Below are positions 9,383 to 18,478 of a DNA stretch of 37,799 bases, one piece after another. The notes beneath the pieces are model-generated. The model was not told the origin of the DNA. It did no database searches and saw nothing but the letters and a program-made list of their open reading frames with translations. A program made the translations under genes and the position numbers. Location of the stretch: contig JBDTEB010000109.1 of the NCBI GenBank assembly GCA_039922795.1, forward strand, positions 1 to 37,799, in the 5' to 3' direction. How positions within the stretch are numbered: the first letter of the stretch is position 1; each line of letters starts with the position of its first letter. Origin of the DNA: Chitinophagaceae bacterium. GTDB taxonomy: Bacteria > Bacteroidota > Bacteroidia > Chitinophagales > Chitinophagaceae.

Positions 9383-9635
9383 TGTTTAGGGAGATTATGG
9401 TGTAATAATGATGAGGGTTAATTAAAAATATTGCAAATCGCACAGTTTCAGAACTTTAAAATAAAAAAACTTTTTAAACAAATGCAAGTATTCTGGAAGA
9501 TATCGGTCAAAGACAAACCTTTTCGACCAAATATTTCGAACTTTCCGCGCCTTAATAAGTTATTTTTTCTTTCCCTCGGGTATCTTGTCCGGGCGAAGGT
9601 TCAAGTTCAACATTAATTTATCCTGCATCTGTTTT

Positions 9636-10709
9636 ATGAAGGCGCCGTTTACAACAAAGCTTTTGAAGTGGAACAGAGACGCTAATTTCAGACTAATGCC
9701 CTGGAAGGGAGAAAAGAATGCCTACAGGATATGGCTTAGCGAGATCATTCTCCAGCAAACGAGAGTTGAACAGGGCCTTGCATACTACAACCGGTTTATT
9801 GAGGCGTTTCCTGATATAGATGCCCTGGCTGCTGCCCCGGAGGAAAAGGTTTTCAAACTCTGGGAAGGTCTTGGCTATTATAGCCGTTGCAAAAACCTGA
9901 TTGCCACTGCCCGTTACATTTCGTTTGAATTAAACGGAAGTTTCCCTGACTCGTATGAAAATATTGCGGCACTCAAAGGCATCGGGCCTTACACTGCCGC
10001 AGCTATTGCTTCTTTTGCTTTCGGATTGCCCCACGCTGTTGTAGACGGAAATGTATTGCGGGTTATCTCGCGTTACTTCGGGATCTCGACACCGGTACAG
10101 ACTAGCCAGGGACGAAAATTATTTAACCTTCTTGCAGAGTCTCTGCTCGATAAAAAAAATCCTGCGGCCTACAATCAATCGCTCATGGATTTTGGCGCAA
10201 CAATTTGCAAGCCCAGGCAGCCTCTCTGCCAAACCTGCATTCAACAGGAGGATTGTGAAGCCTTTAAACAGAATTTTGTCAATGACCTGCCGGTCAAAGG
10301 AAAGAAAATTGAGAAAAAGAAGCGCTGGCTTTATTACCTGCTGCTTAAATCGGGCGATCATGTTTTTCTCAGGAAACGAAAAGGAGGCGATATCTGGGAA
10401 AACCTTTTCGAATTTTATCTTCATGAGTGCCCAGCTCCACTTCAGGAGGAGGAAATCAACAAAGTGATTATCGAAACCGCTAAATCCCTGGGTCAAAAGT
10501 ATTTGTTTATCAGCGATATATCTGAGCCGTTTTTGCAGCAACTTACCCATCAAACGATATCCGCACAGTTCATCAGCGTAACAATGGCAAATCCGTACCT
10601 GCCGGTGGAAGGCTTCGAACGGGTTTCGGAAGAAGAGATCAACCGATATGCATTCCCAAAAATCATAACCCGTTTTCTTGCATGTCCCCACAAGGAAAGA
10701 CTTTCATAA
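9636..10709 (+). CDS. mutY: A/G-specific adenine DNA glycosylase
   Basis: It has an HhH-GPD core (LSEIILQQTRV, GLGYYSRC), a 4Fe-4S loop (CKPRQPLCQTCIQQEDC) and a NUDIX-like C-terminal domain. I prefer the ATG at 9636 (MKAPFTT...) over the track's TTG at 9585. Confidence 0.9.
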   Translation: MKAPFTTKLLKWNRDANFRLMPWKGEKNAYRIWLSEIILQQTRVEQGLAYYNRFIEAFPDIDALAAAPEEKVFKLWEGLGYYSRCKNLIATARYISFELNGSFPDSYENIAALKGIGPYTAAAIASFAFGLPHAVVDGNVLRVISRYFGISTPVQTSQGRKLFNLLAESLLDKKNPAAYNQSLMDFGATICKPRQPLCQTCIQQEDCEAFKQNFVNDLPVKGKKIEKKKRWLYYLLLKSGDHVFLRKRKGGDIWENLFEFYLHECPAPLQEEEINKVIIETAKSLGQKYLFISDISEPFLQQLTHQTISAQFISVTMANPYLPVEGFERVSEEEINRYAFPKIITRFLACPHKERLS

Positions 10710-10824
10710 ATATTTGATTATCAATGACTAACAAGCAAAACTCTTAATAATTTTTATTCCTGTTCTTGTTGAAAAAAATTAACTTTAAGATAGATTCGAA
10801 TCTTTAGAAGATTTTAAAATTCAA

Positions 10825-11268
10825 ATGATTGTTATGAGGGGCGTTAACAGGGTAATGCTGATAGGAAATTTGGGGAAGGATCCTGACGTACAACATCTTG
10901 AGGGCAATATTGCAGTTGCCAAATTCTCTCTCGCCACAACTGAAACATTTAAGGACAGGGCTGGAAAACTTATTTCTCAAACGGAATGGCATACCGTTGT
11001 TCTTTGGAGAGGGCTTGCCGAACTTGCCCAGAAATATCTGCACCGTGGCAGCCTTGTTTATATCGAGGGCCGGCTGAGAACAAGAAGCTGGGAGGATAAA
11101 GAAGGCAATAAAAAATTTGCTACAGAGGTGGTGGGGGATAACCTGATCATGTTGGATAAACGAAATGAAATGAGTGGGCCAAACAATAACCCGTCAGAAA
11201 ATATCGACGGGATCCCGGGGGCTGATATTCCACCCATCAGCGAATCTTCCGATGATCTGCCATTTTAA
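10825..11268 (+). CDS. ssb: single-stranded DNA-binding protein
   Basis: It has an OB fold (VNRVMLIGNLGKDPDV...TEWH) and an acidic tail ending DDLPF. The start may instead be the ATG at 10834. Confidence 0.95.
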   Translation: MIVMRGVNRVMLIGNLGKDPDVQHLEGNIAVAKFSLATTETFKDRAGKLISQTEWHTVVLWRGLAELAQKYLHRGSLVYIEGRLRTRSWEDKEGNKKFATEVVGDNLIMLDKRNEMSGPNNNPSENIDGIPGADIPPISESSDDLPF

Positions 11269-11362
11269 TTAACGAATCTCTTATTTTTACCGGAAGGGCT
11301 GAGCCACAGTTTTCTATGGATCCGGGCAGCCGCTTCTCTTTAACCACAAAAAATATTTCGTT

Positions 11363-12721
11363 TTGGTGCATATCACAGGGTATCATTTTCTTAATGTGCA
11401 GTTTCCCAGAATCTTTCTTGCCGCTAACGTGCAGGGAACAACTCTGGTTGGTATCATTATTCTTCTCCTGGTTATCCTTTCATTTTGTATTTCCGGTGCC
11501 GAGGTGGCATTTTTCTCTCTCACTTATAAAGACATCAACACGCTGAAAACCAAACAGGGGTCAAGCTGGAAGCGCATAGTTACCCTACTGGAAGAGCCTA
11601 AACTGCTGCTCACATCAATGCTGATTGCAAATACATTGATCAATATTTCCATTATCATCCTGTCCAACTTTATTATTAATGAGCTGATGCCGGAGATAAC
11701 ATCGCTTCGGTTGCTGGATTTTTTCCTGAAGGTGATCGTGGTGTCCAGCGTGCTTTTGCTATTTTGTGAAGTATTGCCAAAGGTGTGGGCAACACAGAAT
11801 AATTTCAGGTTTGCCTACAATTGCGCGTTTATTGTTGAGATCGTTCATTACGTTTTTCGCAGGGCAAGCACCTGGCTGGTAAGCCTTTCTGAAAGTGTAG
11901 AGAAATTTCTCGGAAAACGCGCCTCGAATTACAGTCTCGAAGAATTGGACCATGCGATCGATCTGAGTACCAATAACGACGCCAGCGAGGAAGAAAAGAA
12001 TATTCTGAAAGGTATCGTTAACTTTGGCCAGATCACCGTAAAACAGGTGATGCGCACCAGGATGGAAGTCAATGGGATCGAATTCGGAACCAGTTATTCC
12101 GATCTCATCAATACTATCCGCGACCTGCATTATTCCCGGCTTCCCGTGTATAAATCCAGTCTAGACGATATCGTCGGTATCATGCAAACCAAAGACCTGG
12201 TACCGCATATCGAGACGCCCGACTTCGACTGGCATTCCCTGATCCGCCCTCCCTATTTTGTTCATGAGCAAAAACTTATCGAAGACTTGCTGAAAGAATT
12301 CCAGCTTAAGCATGTACATTTTGCGATCGTGGTGGATGAATTTGGAGGAACCAGTGGCATCGTAACCCTGGAAGATATTCTTGAAGAGATCATCGGTGAG
12401 ATTGAAGACGAGTTCGACGACGAAGACAGCGCCAATAAAAAGATCGATGAAAACAATTATGTTTTTGAAGGCCGGACGATGATCAATGATGTGTGCAAAA
12501 TGCTTGGATTGCCGGTTGACAGTTTTGATAAGGTTCGCGGCGAAAGTGATTCACTGGGTGGACTTCTCCTTGAAATAGCCGGAGATTTTCCAAAGAAAAA
12601 TGATATAATCCGGTACGGAGATTATTCATTCACAGTACAGGAGGTCGCCAATAATCGTGTGCAAAAAATAAAGGTTGAATTTAGTCCTGCTCCCGCCACT
12701 GGTAAGAAATCTACTGCCTAG
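11363..12721 (+). CDS. gldE: gliding motility-associated protein GldE (CNNM/CorC type: DUF21 + CBS pair + CorC_HlyC)
   Basis: 452 aa. TM region, then a CBS pair, then a CorC C-terminal domain. It lies directly upstream of gldD and downstream of ssb, the order I recall being described for Flavobacterium johnsoniae. The start codon is uncertain (see findings). Confidence 0.8.
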   Translation: MVHITGYHFLNVQFPRIFLAANVQGTTLVGIIILLLVILSFCISGAEVAFFSLTYKDINTLKTKQGSSWKRIVTLLEEPKLLLTSMLIANTLINISIIILSNFIINELMPEITSLRLLDFFLKVIVVSSVLLLFCEVLPKVWATQNNFRFAYNCAFIVEIVHYVFRRASTWLVSLSESVEKFLGKRASNYSLEELDHAIDLSTNNDASEEEKNILKGIVNFGQITVKQVMRTRMEVNGIEFGTSYSDLINTIRDLHYSRLPVYKSSLDDIVGIMQTKDLVPHIETPDFDWHSLIRPPYFVHEQKLIEDLLKEFQLKHVHFAIVVDEFGGTSGIVTLEDILEEIIGEIEDEFDDEDSANKKIDENNYVFEGRTMINDVCKMLGLPVDSFDKVRGESDSLGGLLLEIAGDFPKKNDIIRYGDYSFTVQEVANNRVQKIKVEFSPAPATGKKSTA

Positions 12722-13375
12722 ATGAGACTGAGAACACTGATATTCCTTTTTTCCAGTGCCCTGGTTCTTATTGCGGCAGTTTCCTGCAATAGCGACTATA
12801 CCCCACGGCCAACCGGATATTACAAGATTGATTTTCCCGGGAAAGCTTATCGTTTGTTTGATAGGCCCGGCTTCCCTTATTCCTTTGAATATCCTGTTTA
12901 CGGGGTAGTTATCAGCGACACCACATTTTTTGCAGACAAGCCTGAAAACCCTTACTGGCTGAATATTGATTTTCCTCGTTTTAACGGCAAGATCTATATC
13001 AGTTACAACATTATAGGCGGGCCAACGATCTACAAAGTGAAAAGAAAGGACGGTGTGTACGCTGACTCTGCCGGGCTGAATACTTTTGACAGGTTGCTGA
13101 CTGGATCTTACACGTTAACCTACAAGCACACCTACAAGGCGACTTCCATAGAAGACAGCGCCTTCACTACAGCCAACGGAATTACCGGTATTTACTTTAA
13201 GATCGGGGGAAATGCCGCCACCTCAAACCAGTTCCTTGTGAGTGACTCGGTTAAGAATTTTCTTCGCGGAGCACTCTATTTCGATGCCACTCCAAATGAA
13301 GATTCTTTGTCAGTCGTCAATGAATTCCTGAAACAGGATATGAAACACCTCATCAACACCTTCAGGTGGAAATGA
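12722..13375 (+). CDS. gldD: gliding motility lipoprotein GldD
   Basis: 217 aa with a lipobox (AAVSC) and RPTGYYKIDFP shortly after the lipid Cys. Its ATG abuts the gldE TAG (12719-12721 then 12722-12724). Confidence 0.7.
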   Translation: MRLRTLIFLFSSALVLIAAVSCNSDYTPRPTGYYKIDFPGKAYRLFDRPGFPYSFEYPVYGVVISDTTFFADKPENPYWLNIDFPRFNGKIYISYNIIGGPTIYKVKRKDGVYADSAGLNTFDRLLTGSYTLTYKHTYKATSIEDSAFTTANGITGIYFKIGGNAATSNQFLVSDSVKNFLRGALYFDATPNEDSLSVVNEFLKQDMKHLINTFRWK

Positions 13376-13433
13376 GTATAGCCCCCAGTATGCAGGAAAA
13401 ACTTTATATAGCTTTGCCAAAAATGATGAGATT

Positions 13434-14033
13434 TTGATTGCCATAGAAAATGTGCTGTTCAGCGATGAGATCATTGACGAACAATTCGTTTGTGATCTTA
13501 ATAAATGCAAAGGGGGCTGTTGTGAAGATGGTGATGCAGGCGCACCGCTCGAAAAGGCGGAACTCGCCGAGATGGATAAGATCTACAATATCGTAAAGCC
13601 ATATCTGACCAAAGAGGGAATCGCCGAAATTGAGAAAAACGGACGCTATATTTATTCGCAGGAATTTGGATGGGTTACTCCAACCATTGAAGGTAAAATT
13701 TGCGCTTATGGGCTTAGAGACAAAAAGGGAATTATAAAATGCGGCATTGAGCAGGCCTTTCTTGAAGGAAAGATCACCTGGAAGAAACCGGTCAGTTGTC
13801 ACCTTTTTCCGGTAAGGATAAAGAAGACAAGAAGTTATATCAATGTCAACTACGAACCTCGTGATACGCTTTGTGCCACTGCCTGCGAGCTTGGTAAGAA
13901 ATTAAAAGTTCCGGTGTATGTGTTCCTTAAGGAGTCGCTGATCAGGAAATTCGGGGAAGAGTTCTATTCAGTGCTTGAAGAAGTAGCGAAAAGAAAAAAA
14001 GCAAAGGAAAACAATGGTGATGGTTTAAAATAA
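13434..14033 (+). CDS. DUF3109-like Cys-rich protein
   Basis: 199 aa with a TTG start. It has an N-terminal CDLNKCKGGCC cluster and later Cys residues (C..C, CATAC). The family assignment is from memory of the motif. Confidence 0.6.
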   Translation: MIAIENVLFSDEIIDEQFVCDLNKCKGGCCEDGDAGAPLEKAELAEMDKIYNIVKPYLTKEGIAEIEKNGRYIYSQEFGWVTPTIEGKICAYGLRDKKGIIKCGIEQAFLEGKITWKKPVSCHLFPVRIKKTRSYINVNYEPRDTLCATACELGKKLKVPVYVFLKESLIRKFGEEFYSVLEEVAKRKKAKENNGDGLK

Positions 14034-15419
14034 ATGCTAAAGGGTATGGGTGAGAATGCAGAATCTTTTATTGCCAAGAGCACCATTAAATCGGCCGATC
14101 TTGAGCATCGCAGAAAAATCAATTTCAATATTGGCAAATACAATGCTTCGGTACCACAAGGCAAAATGCAATACGCGGGCCTTGAACAGGCCAGGGAAAA
14201 AGCAAAGAATTTAAAATGGAGAGCCATTGAAAATCTTGACAGCCAGCTCGAAGATTTTGAATCTGCATTTACGCGCAGGGGTGGAAAAGTGATATGGGCC
14301 GAAACAGCAGAAGAGGCGCTGCAGGAAATACTTAAGATCTGCAAAGCCAAAGATTGCAAATCCATTGTCAAAAGCAAGAGTATGGTCACTGAAGAGATCA
14401 AACTCAATGACTTCCTTGGGCAAAATAATATTGAAAGTGTAGAGACTGACCTTGGAGAATATATCCAACAGCTGGATGGCGAATCTCCTTATCATATTGT
14501 AACTCCTGCTATGCATAAAAGCAAGGAGGATGTTGCGAAATTATTTTACGAGAAACTTCATACTGCACCGAATTTGAATCCACAGCAGTTAACTGTTATC
14601 GCGCGCAACAACCTGCGGAAAAAATACGTAGAAGCCGAGATTGGTATAACCGGTGCTAATTTTATCGTTAGTGATATTGGCGGAATTGCCGTGAGTGAAA
14701 ATGAAGGTAATGCAAGATTGACTTCCGCCTGGCCAAAAACTCATATCGTTGTTGTTGGTATCGAAAAAGTGATCCCGTCCGTTGTTGATCTCGCATTGTT
14801 CTGGCCCTTGCTGGCGACATTTGGAACCGGTCAGAAAATGACTGTTTACAACAGCATCATGAGCGGCCCACGTCAACCGGGGGAAACAGATGGTCCCGAA
14901 GAGATGTATGTGATTCTGCTCGATACTGGCAGAACCAATATTCTGGCAAATCCCAAAACGCGTGAAAGCTTGTATTGTATCAGGTGCGGAGCCTGTCTCA
15001 ATGCTTGCCCGGTTTACAAAAATATTGGCGGGCATGCTTATGAAACTACCTATAGCGGACCGATAGGATCAGTGATCACGCCTCATTTGCGCGATATGAA
15101 AGAATGGAAGCACCTGAGTTATGCTTCCACGCTTTGTGGAAATTGTACGGAAGTATGTGCTGTCAAGATCAATCTGCATCAACTGCTGCTGGAGAACAGG
15201 CATGAAGCAGTTGAGAGTGGTTATGGTTCTTTCGCAGAAAATGTTGCCTGGAAACTTTGGAAGAAAGTCAGTCTCAACAGGAAACTTATGAACACTGGCA
15301 ATGGAAAAATGAAGAACTGGATGGTGAACAAAATGTTTGGAGCCTGGACAGCACACCATGGTGCGCTGAATTTCTCGGCTAAAACTTTTAACGAGATTTG
15401 GAAGGAAAGAAAGAGATAA
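14034..15419 (+). CDS. lutB: LutB/LldF-type iron-sulfur protein (LUD domain + 4Fe-4S dicluster)
   Basis: 461 aa. It has ferredoxin-type motifs (CIRCGACLNACPVY and CGNCTEVC). Its ATG directly follows the TAA of the upstream gene. Confidence 0.85.
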   Translation: MLKGMGENAESFIAKSTIKSADLEHRRKINFNIGKYNASVPQGKMQYAGLEQAREKAKNLKWRAIENLDSQLEDFESAFTRRGGKVIWAETAEEALQEILKICKAKDCKSIVKSKSMVTEEIKLNDFLGQNNIESVETDLGEYIQQLDGESPYHIVTPAMHKSKEDVAKLFYEKLHTAPNLNPQQLTVIARNNLRKKYVEAEIGITGANFIVSDIGGIAVSENEGNARLTSAWPKTHIVVVGIEKVIPSVVDLALFWPLLATFGTGQKMTVYNSIMSGPRQPGETDGPEEMYVILLDTGRTNILANPKTRESLYCIRCGACLNACPVYKNIGGHAYETTYSGPIGSVITPHLRDMKEWKHLSYASTLCGNCTEVCAVKINLHQLLLENRHEAVESGYGSFAENVAWKLWKKVSLNRKLMNTGNGKMKNWMVNKMFGAWTAHHGALNFSAKTFNEIWKERKR

Positions 15420-15495
15420 ATGGTTAATCTGCTGAAGGATTGCAGACCAGATGCTTTGCATTAATTTCTTTATGATGAATCACGAATCTTAATCC

Positions 15496-16833
15496 ATGCT
15501 TTTTTATTCCCCTGTCATAACGGAACGTCTTCGTTTTATTGTTGATTTCTTCAATAAGGAATTATTTGATGAGCAGATGATCATCACCAATGATCTCCAG
15601 ATCTTTCGTGACGAGCCGAATCCAAAAATTAATTACGGCCGTCTTCCTGTCAGCGAAAATGAATTTAGGGTTTGCCCGGTATCTTTGTTAATGGAAAATA
15701 ATATCATCGAACAGGAACTTAATATTTTTGAAGTGTTCGGGCATAAGGGCTTATTTCCGACTTACGGCGGTGATTTCCCGTTTGATATTTTTTCTGCTTC
15801 GTTTTACCTGATGGTCCGTTACGAAGAATACCTTCCTTACGAAAAAGATTTTTATGGCCGTTATGCTTATTTGAATTCGGTAGCATATCGCGAGAAATTT
15901 CTCGACTTTCCATTAGTGAATTTCTGGATCATCCATTTCCGCAGAGCTTTGCTGGCAAGGTTTCCAGCGATATCTTTAAAGAAAAAAACCTTTAGTTTTC
16001 TTCCAACCTACGATATAGACATCGCTTTTTCTTACTCGGGAAAGGGAAGGGGTCGTAACCTCGGGGGCGCGTTAAAATCATTTTTCACTTTTCGTCCCGG
16101 AGCTTTGTGGAGAAGGATCCAGGTATTGAGGGGCAAACGAAAAGATCCCTTTGATACTTATGAATGGCTGGATAAGCTCCACAATAAATTCAAATTAGCA
16201 CCGAGGTATTTTTTTTTACTTGCCGGAAAAAGCCTGGGATATGATAAAAATATCCTGCCAACTGAGCCGATACTTCAGGATCTTGTACGGTTCGTTTCAG
16301 AGAAAAATGATGTTGGCATTCATCCCAGCTGGCAGAGCTTCGAAGACCCTGAATTACTGAGAGAGGAAATCAATACGCTGAACGAATTAACCGGAGTAAC
16401 TACCACCCATAGTCGCCAGCATTATATTCGGTTTACACTTCCTGGTACCTTCCGTGAACTGGTTGAAGCAGGAATAACTGATGATTACTCCATGGGGTAT
16501 GGCAGCATCAATGGATTCAGGGCTTCAGTATCGTCTTCGTTCTATTTCTATGATCTGCTTAAAGAGGAAAAAACGGCGCTTATGCTGCATCCCTTTTGTT
16601 TTATGGATGCCAATGCCTACTATGAAGAAAAATTAAATGTTGAATCTGCGTTTGAGCAACTCGCGAAATACCAGGATATAATTTCCAAAGTGAATGGGAA
16701 TATGGTTACTATCTGGCACAACCAGTTCCTTGGAACTGATCGTGCCTTCCAGGGTTGGAAAGAATTATATGAGAAATTTATCTCTGAAAAAATCGTCAAG
16801 ATGAAAGCTATGCCTGTCGACCAGACAGGCTAG
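15496..16833 (+). CDS. conserved hypothetical protein, possibly polysaccharide-deacetylase-like
   Basis: 445 aa, clean ORF with an ATG start. The function guess is weak and rests only on resemblance to Bacteroidota proteins I recall being annotated this way. Confidence 0.45.
   Translation: MLFYSPVITERLRFIVDFFNKELFDEQMIITNDLQIFRDEPNPKINYGRLPVSENEFRVCPVSLLMENNIIEQELNIFEVFGHKGLFPTYGGDFPFDIFSASFYLMVRYEEYLPYEKDFYGRYAYLNSVAYREKFLDFPLVNFWIIHFRRALLARFPAISLKKKTFSFLPTYDIDIAFSYSGKGRGRNLGGALKSFFTFRPGALWRRIQVLRGKRKDPFDTYEWLDKLHNKFKLAPRYFFLLAGKSLGYDKNILPTEPILQDLVRFVSEKNDVGIHPSWQSFEDPELLREEINTLNELTGVTTTHSRQHYIRFTLPGTFRELVEAGITDDYSMGYGSINGFRASVSSSFYFYDLLKEEKTALMLHPFCFMDANAYYEEKLNVESAFEQLAKYQDIISKVNGNMVTIWHNQFLGTDRAFQGWKELYEKFISEKIVKMKAMPVDQTG
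16812..16830. terminator. 7-bp perfect hairpin at the convergent gene junction
   Basis: GCCTGTC-GACCA-GACAGGC. It lies inside the last codons of the plus-strand gene and begins at the first base of the purH stop codon. The two stop codons share the palindrome CTAG (16830-16833). Confidence 0.4.
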
Positions 16834-18368
16834 TGTTTGAAATGCCTCTGCCCGGTAATGACCATTACCAGCTTATTTTCCTGGCAATAATTTATTGAAT
16901 CCTTGTCTCTTATTGAACCCCCGGGTTGAATGAAAGCTTCTATTCCTGTTTCATGGCTCAATTTCACACAATCGTCAAATGGAAAAAAGGCATCGCTGGC
17001 AAGAACGGAGCCTTTCAGGTCAAAATTAAATTGGTTGGCCTTTGCGATCGCCTGTTTTAAAGCGTCGATCCTGCTTGTTTGTCCGCAACCTTTTCCGATC
17101 AGCTGTTTGTTTTTAACGATGGCGATGGCATTTGATTTCAGGTGTTTGCAGACAATGTTGGCAAACTCGAGGTCTGACTTTTCTTCTGCCGTGCTTACTC
17201 TGCCGCCAGATTCTTCCCATTTTTCGTAGCTGCCTTCGTCATTCTGCTGTGAAAGCATGCCGTTTAAAAGCGAGCGGCTCTGGGTGTGTCCTGTTTTTAC
17301 AGCATCCCTTTTTGATTCAAGCAAAACACGATTTTTCTTTGTCGATAGAATCGTCAGGGCATCCGCGCTAAATGATGGTGCGATCAATACTTCGAAAAAG
17401 AGTTCGTTGATTGCCTGCGCTGTGGGCAGATCGATTTCCGTATTCGCCACGAGAACTCCCCCGAATGCGCTTTCAGGATCGCCTTCCAAGGCAGCCTGCC
17501 AACTGTTGAGAATGCCATGTCGGGATGCAACGCCACAAACATTGGTATGTTTGATGATGGCGAAAGTTGTTTCGTTGAATTCGGCTATTACCTGGATGGC
17601 GGCATCCACATCCACGAGATTATTGTAAGACAATTCCTTCCCATGAAGCTGATTAAAACTTTGCCCCAGGTCGCCGGTGAAGTAGCCCTCTTGATGAGGG
17701 TTTTCGCCATAACGGAGCATCTTTGTGCCGGCGTTGAAGGGATTAAAATGACTGGTTCCGGCGAAATAATTCGAGATAGCGATATCATAACCGGAGCATA
17801 CATGAAATGCTTTGGCAGCAAAGTTCCAGCGTTCTTCCAGGGAAGTTTCCCCGTTTCTTTCCACGAGTATCTTTTCGAGTTCAGGATAGTCATCTTTTGA
17901 GGGAACCACCACGATGTCACGATGGTTTTTGGCACCTGCCCTCAGCATGGATGGCCCCCCCACGTCGATTTTTTCAATGATGGCTGCCTTCGCTTCTTCC
18001 GAGTCGATCGGGATTTTTGCCGTAAGAAATTTGTTCACAGTTTCTTCAAAGGGATAAAGATCTACAATCACCAGGTCGATTTGCGGGATGTTGAATTCCT
18101 TCATCTCCTGTTCGTCAGTTATATTGTCGCGGCGGCCAAGGATACCGCCGAACACTGAGGGATGCAGGGTTTTTACTCTTCCACCCAATATCGATGGATA
18201 GTTGGTGATCTGCTCAACCGGAATGCAGGAGATCCCGAGTGCTTCTATGAATTTCTGTGTGCCGCCGGTAGAATACATTATAACCCCAAGTTCACTGAGC
18301 GCTCTGATTACAGGCTCCAATCCATCTTTATAAAAAACAGAAATGAGTGCAGACCTGATCTTTTTCAT
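16830..18368 (-). CDS. purH: bifunctional AICAR formyltransferase / IMP cyclohydrolase
   Basis: 512 aa. It has an MGS-like N-terminal domain (ALISVFYKDGL...GGTQKFI, VKTLHP) and an AICARFT domain (LRYGENPHQ). Confidence 0.95.
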   Translation of the reverse strand: MKKIRSALISVFYKDGLEPVIRALSELGVIMYSTGGTQKFIEALGISCIPVEQITNYPSILGGRVKTLHPSVFGGILGRRDNITDEQEMKEFNIPQIDLVIVDLYPFEETVNKFLTAKIPIDSEEAKAAIIEKIDVGGPSMLRAGAKNHRDIVVVPSKDDYPELEKILVERNGETSLEERWNFAAKAFHVCSGYDIAISNYFAGTSHFNPFNAGTKMLRYGENPHQEGYFTGDLGQSFNQLHGKELSYNNLVDVDAAIQVIAEFNETTFAIIKHTNVCGVASRHGILNSWQAALEGDPESAFGGVLVANTEIDLPTAQAINELFFEVLIAPSFSADALTILSTKKNRVLLESKRDAVKTGHTQSRSLLNGMLSQQNDEGSYEKWEESGGRVSTAEEKSDLEFANIVCKHLKSNAIAIVKNKQLIGKGCGQTSRIDALKQAIAKANQFNFDLKGSVLASDAFFPFDDCVKLSHETGIEAFIQPGGSIRDKDSINYCQENKLVMVITGQRHFKH

Positions 18369-18387
18369 GATTGAAATTTTAGAGTCG

Positions 18388-18395
18388 CAAAAGTA
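18388..18395 (-). promoter_or_regulatory. candidate Bacteroidota -7 box (TACTTTTG) for purH
   Basis: Matches TAnnTTTG, 19 nt upstream of the purH ATG. No clear -33 TTG. Confidence 0.3.
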
Positions 18396-18478
18396 AATTA
18401 AAGGGAGGTATTAGATATTAGTTGTTAGTTATTGGTTGGAAGTTACTGGTTCGAAGGTTTTTGGTTTTTACCCGTGCA

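Noticed and set aside
11316-11546. A 76-aa plus-strand ORF treated as an independent gene.
   Set aside because: Most of it overlaps the conserved DUF21 region of gldE in another frame. Only its first roughly 16 codons are of interest, as noted in the findings.
18440-18460. GGTTCGAAGG, which resembles a tRNA T-loop.
   Set aside because: The flanking bases do not form a T-stem, and no acceptor, D or anticodon arms can be drawn. It is part of the G/T-rich degenerate repeat.
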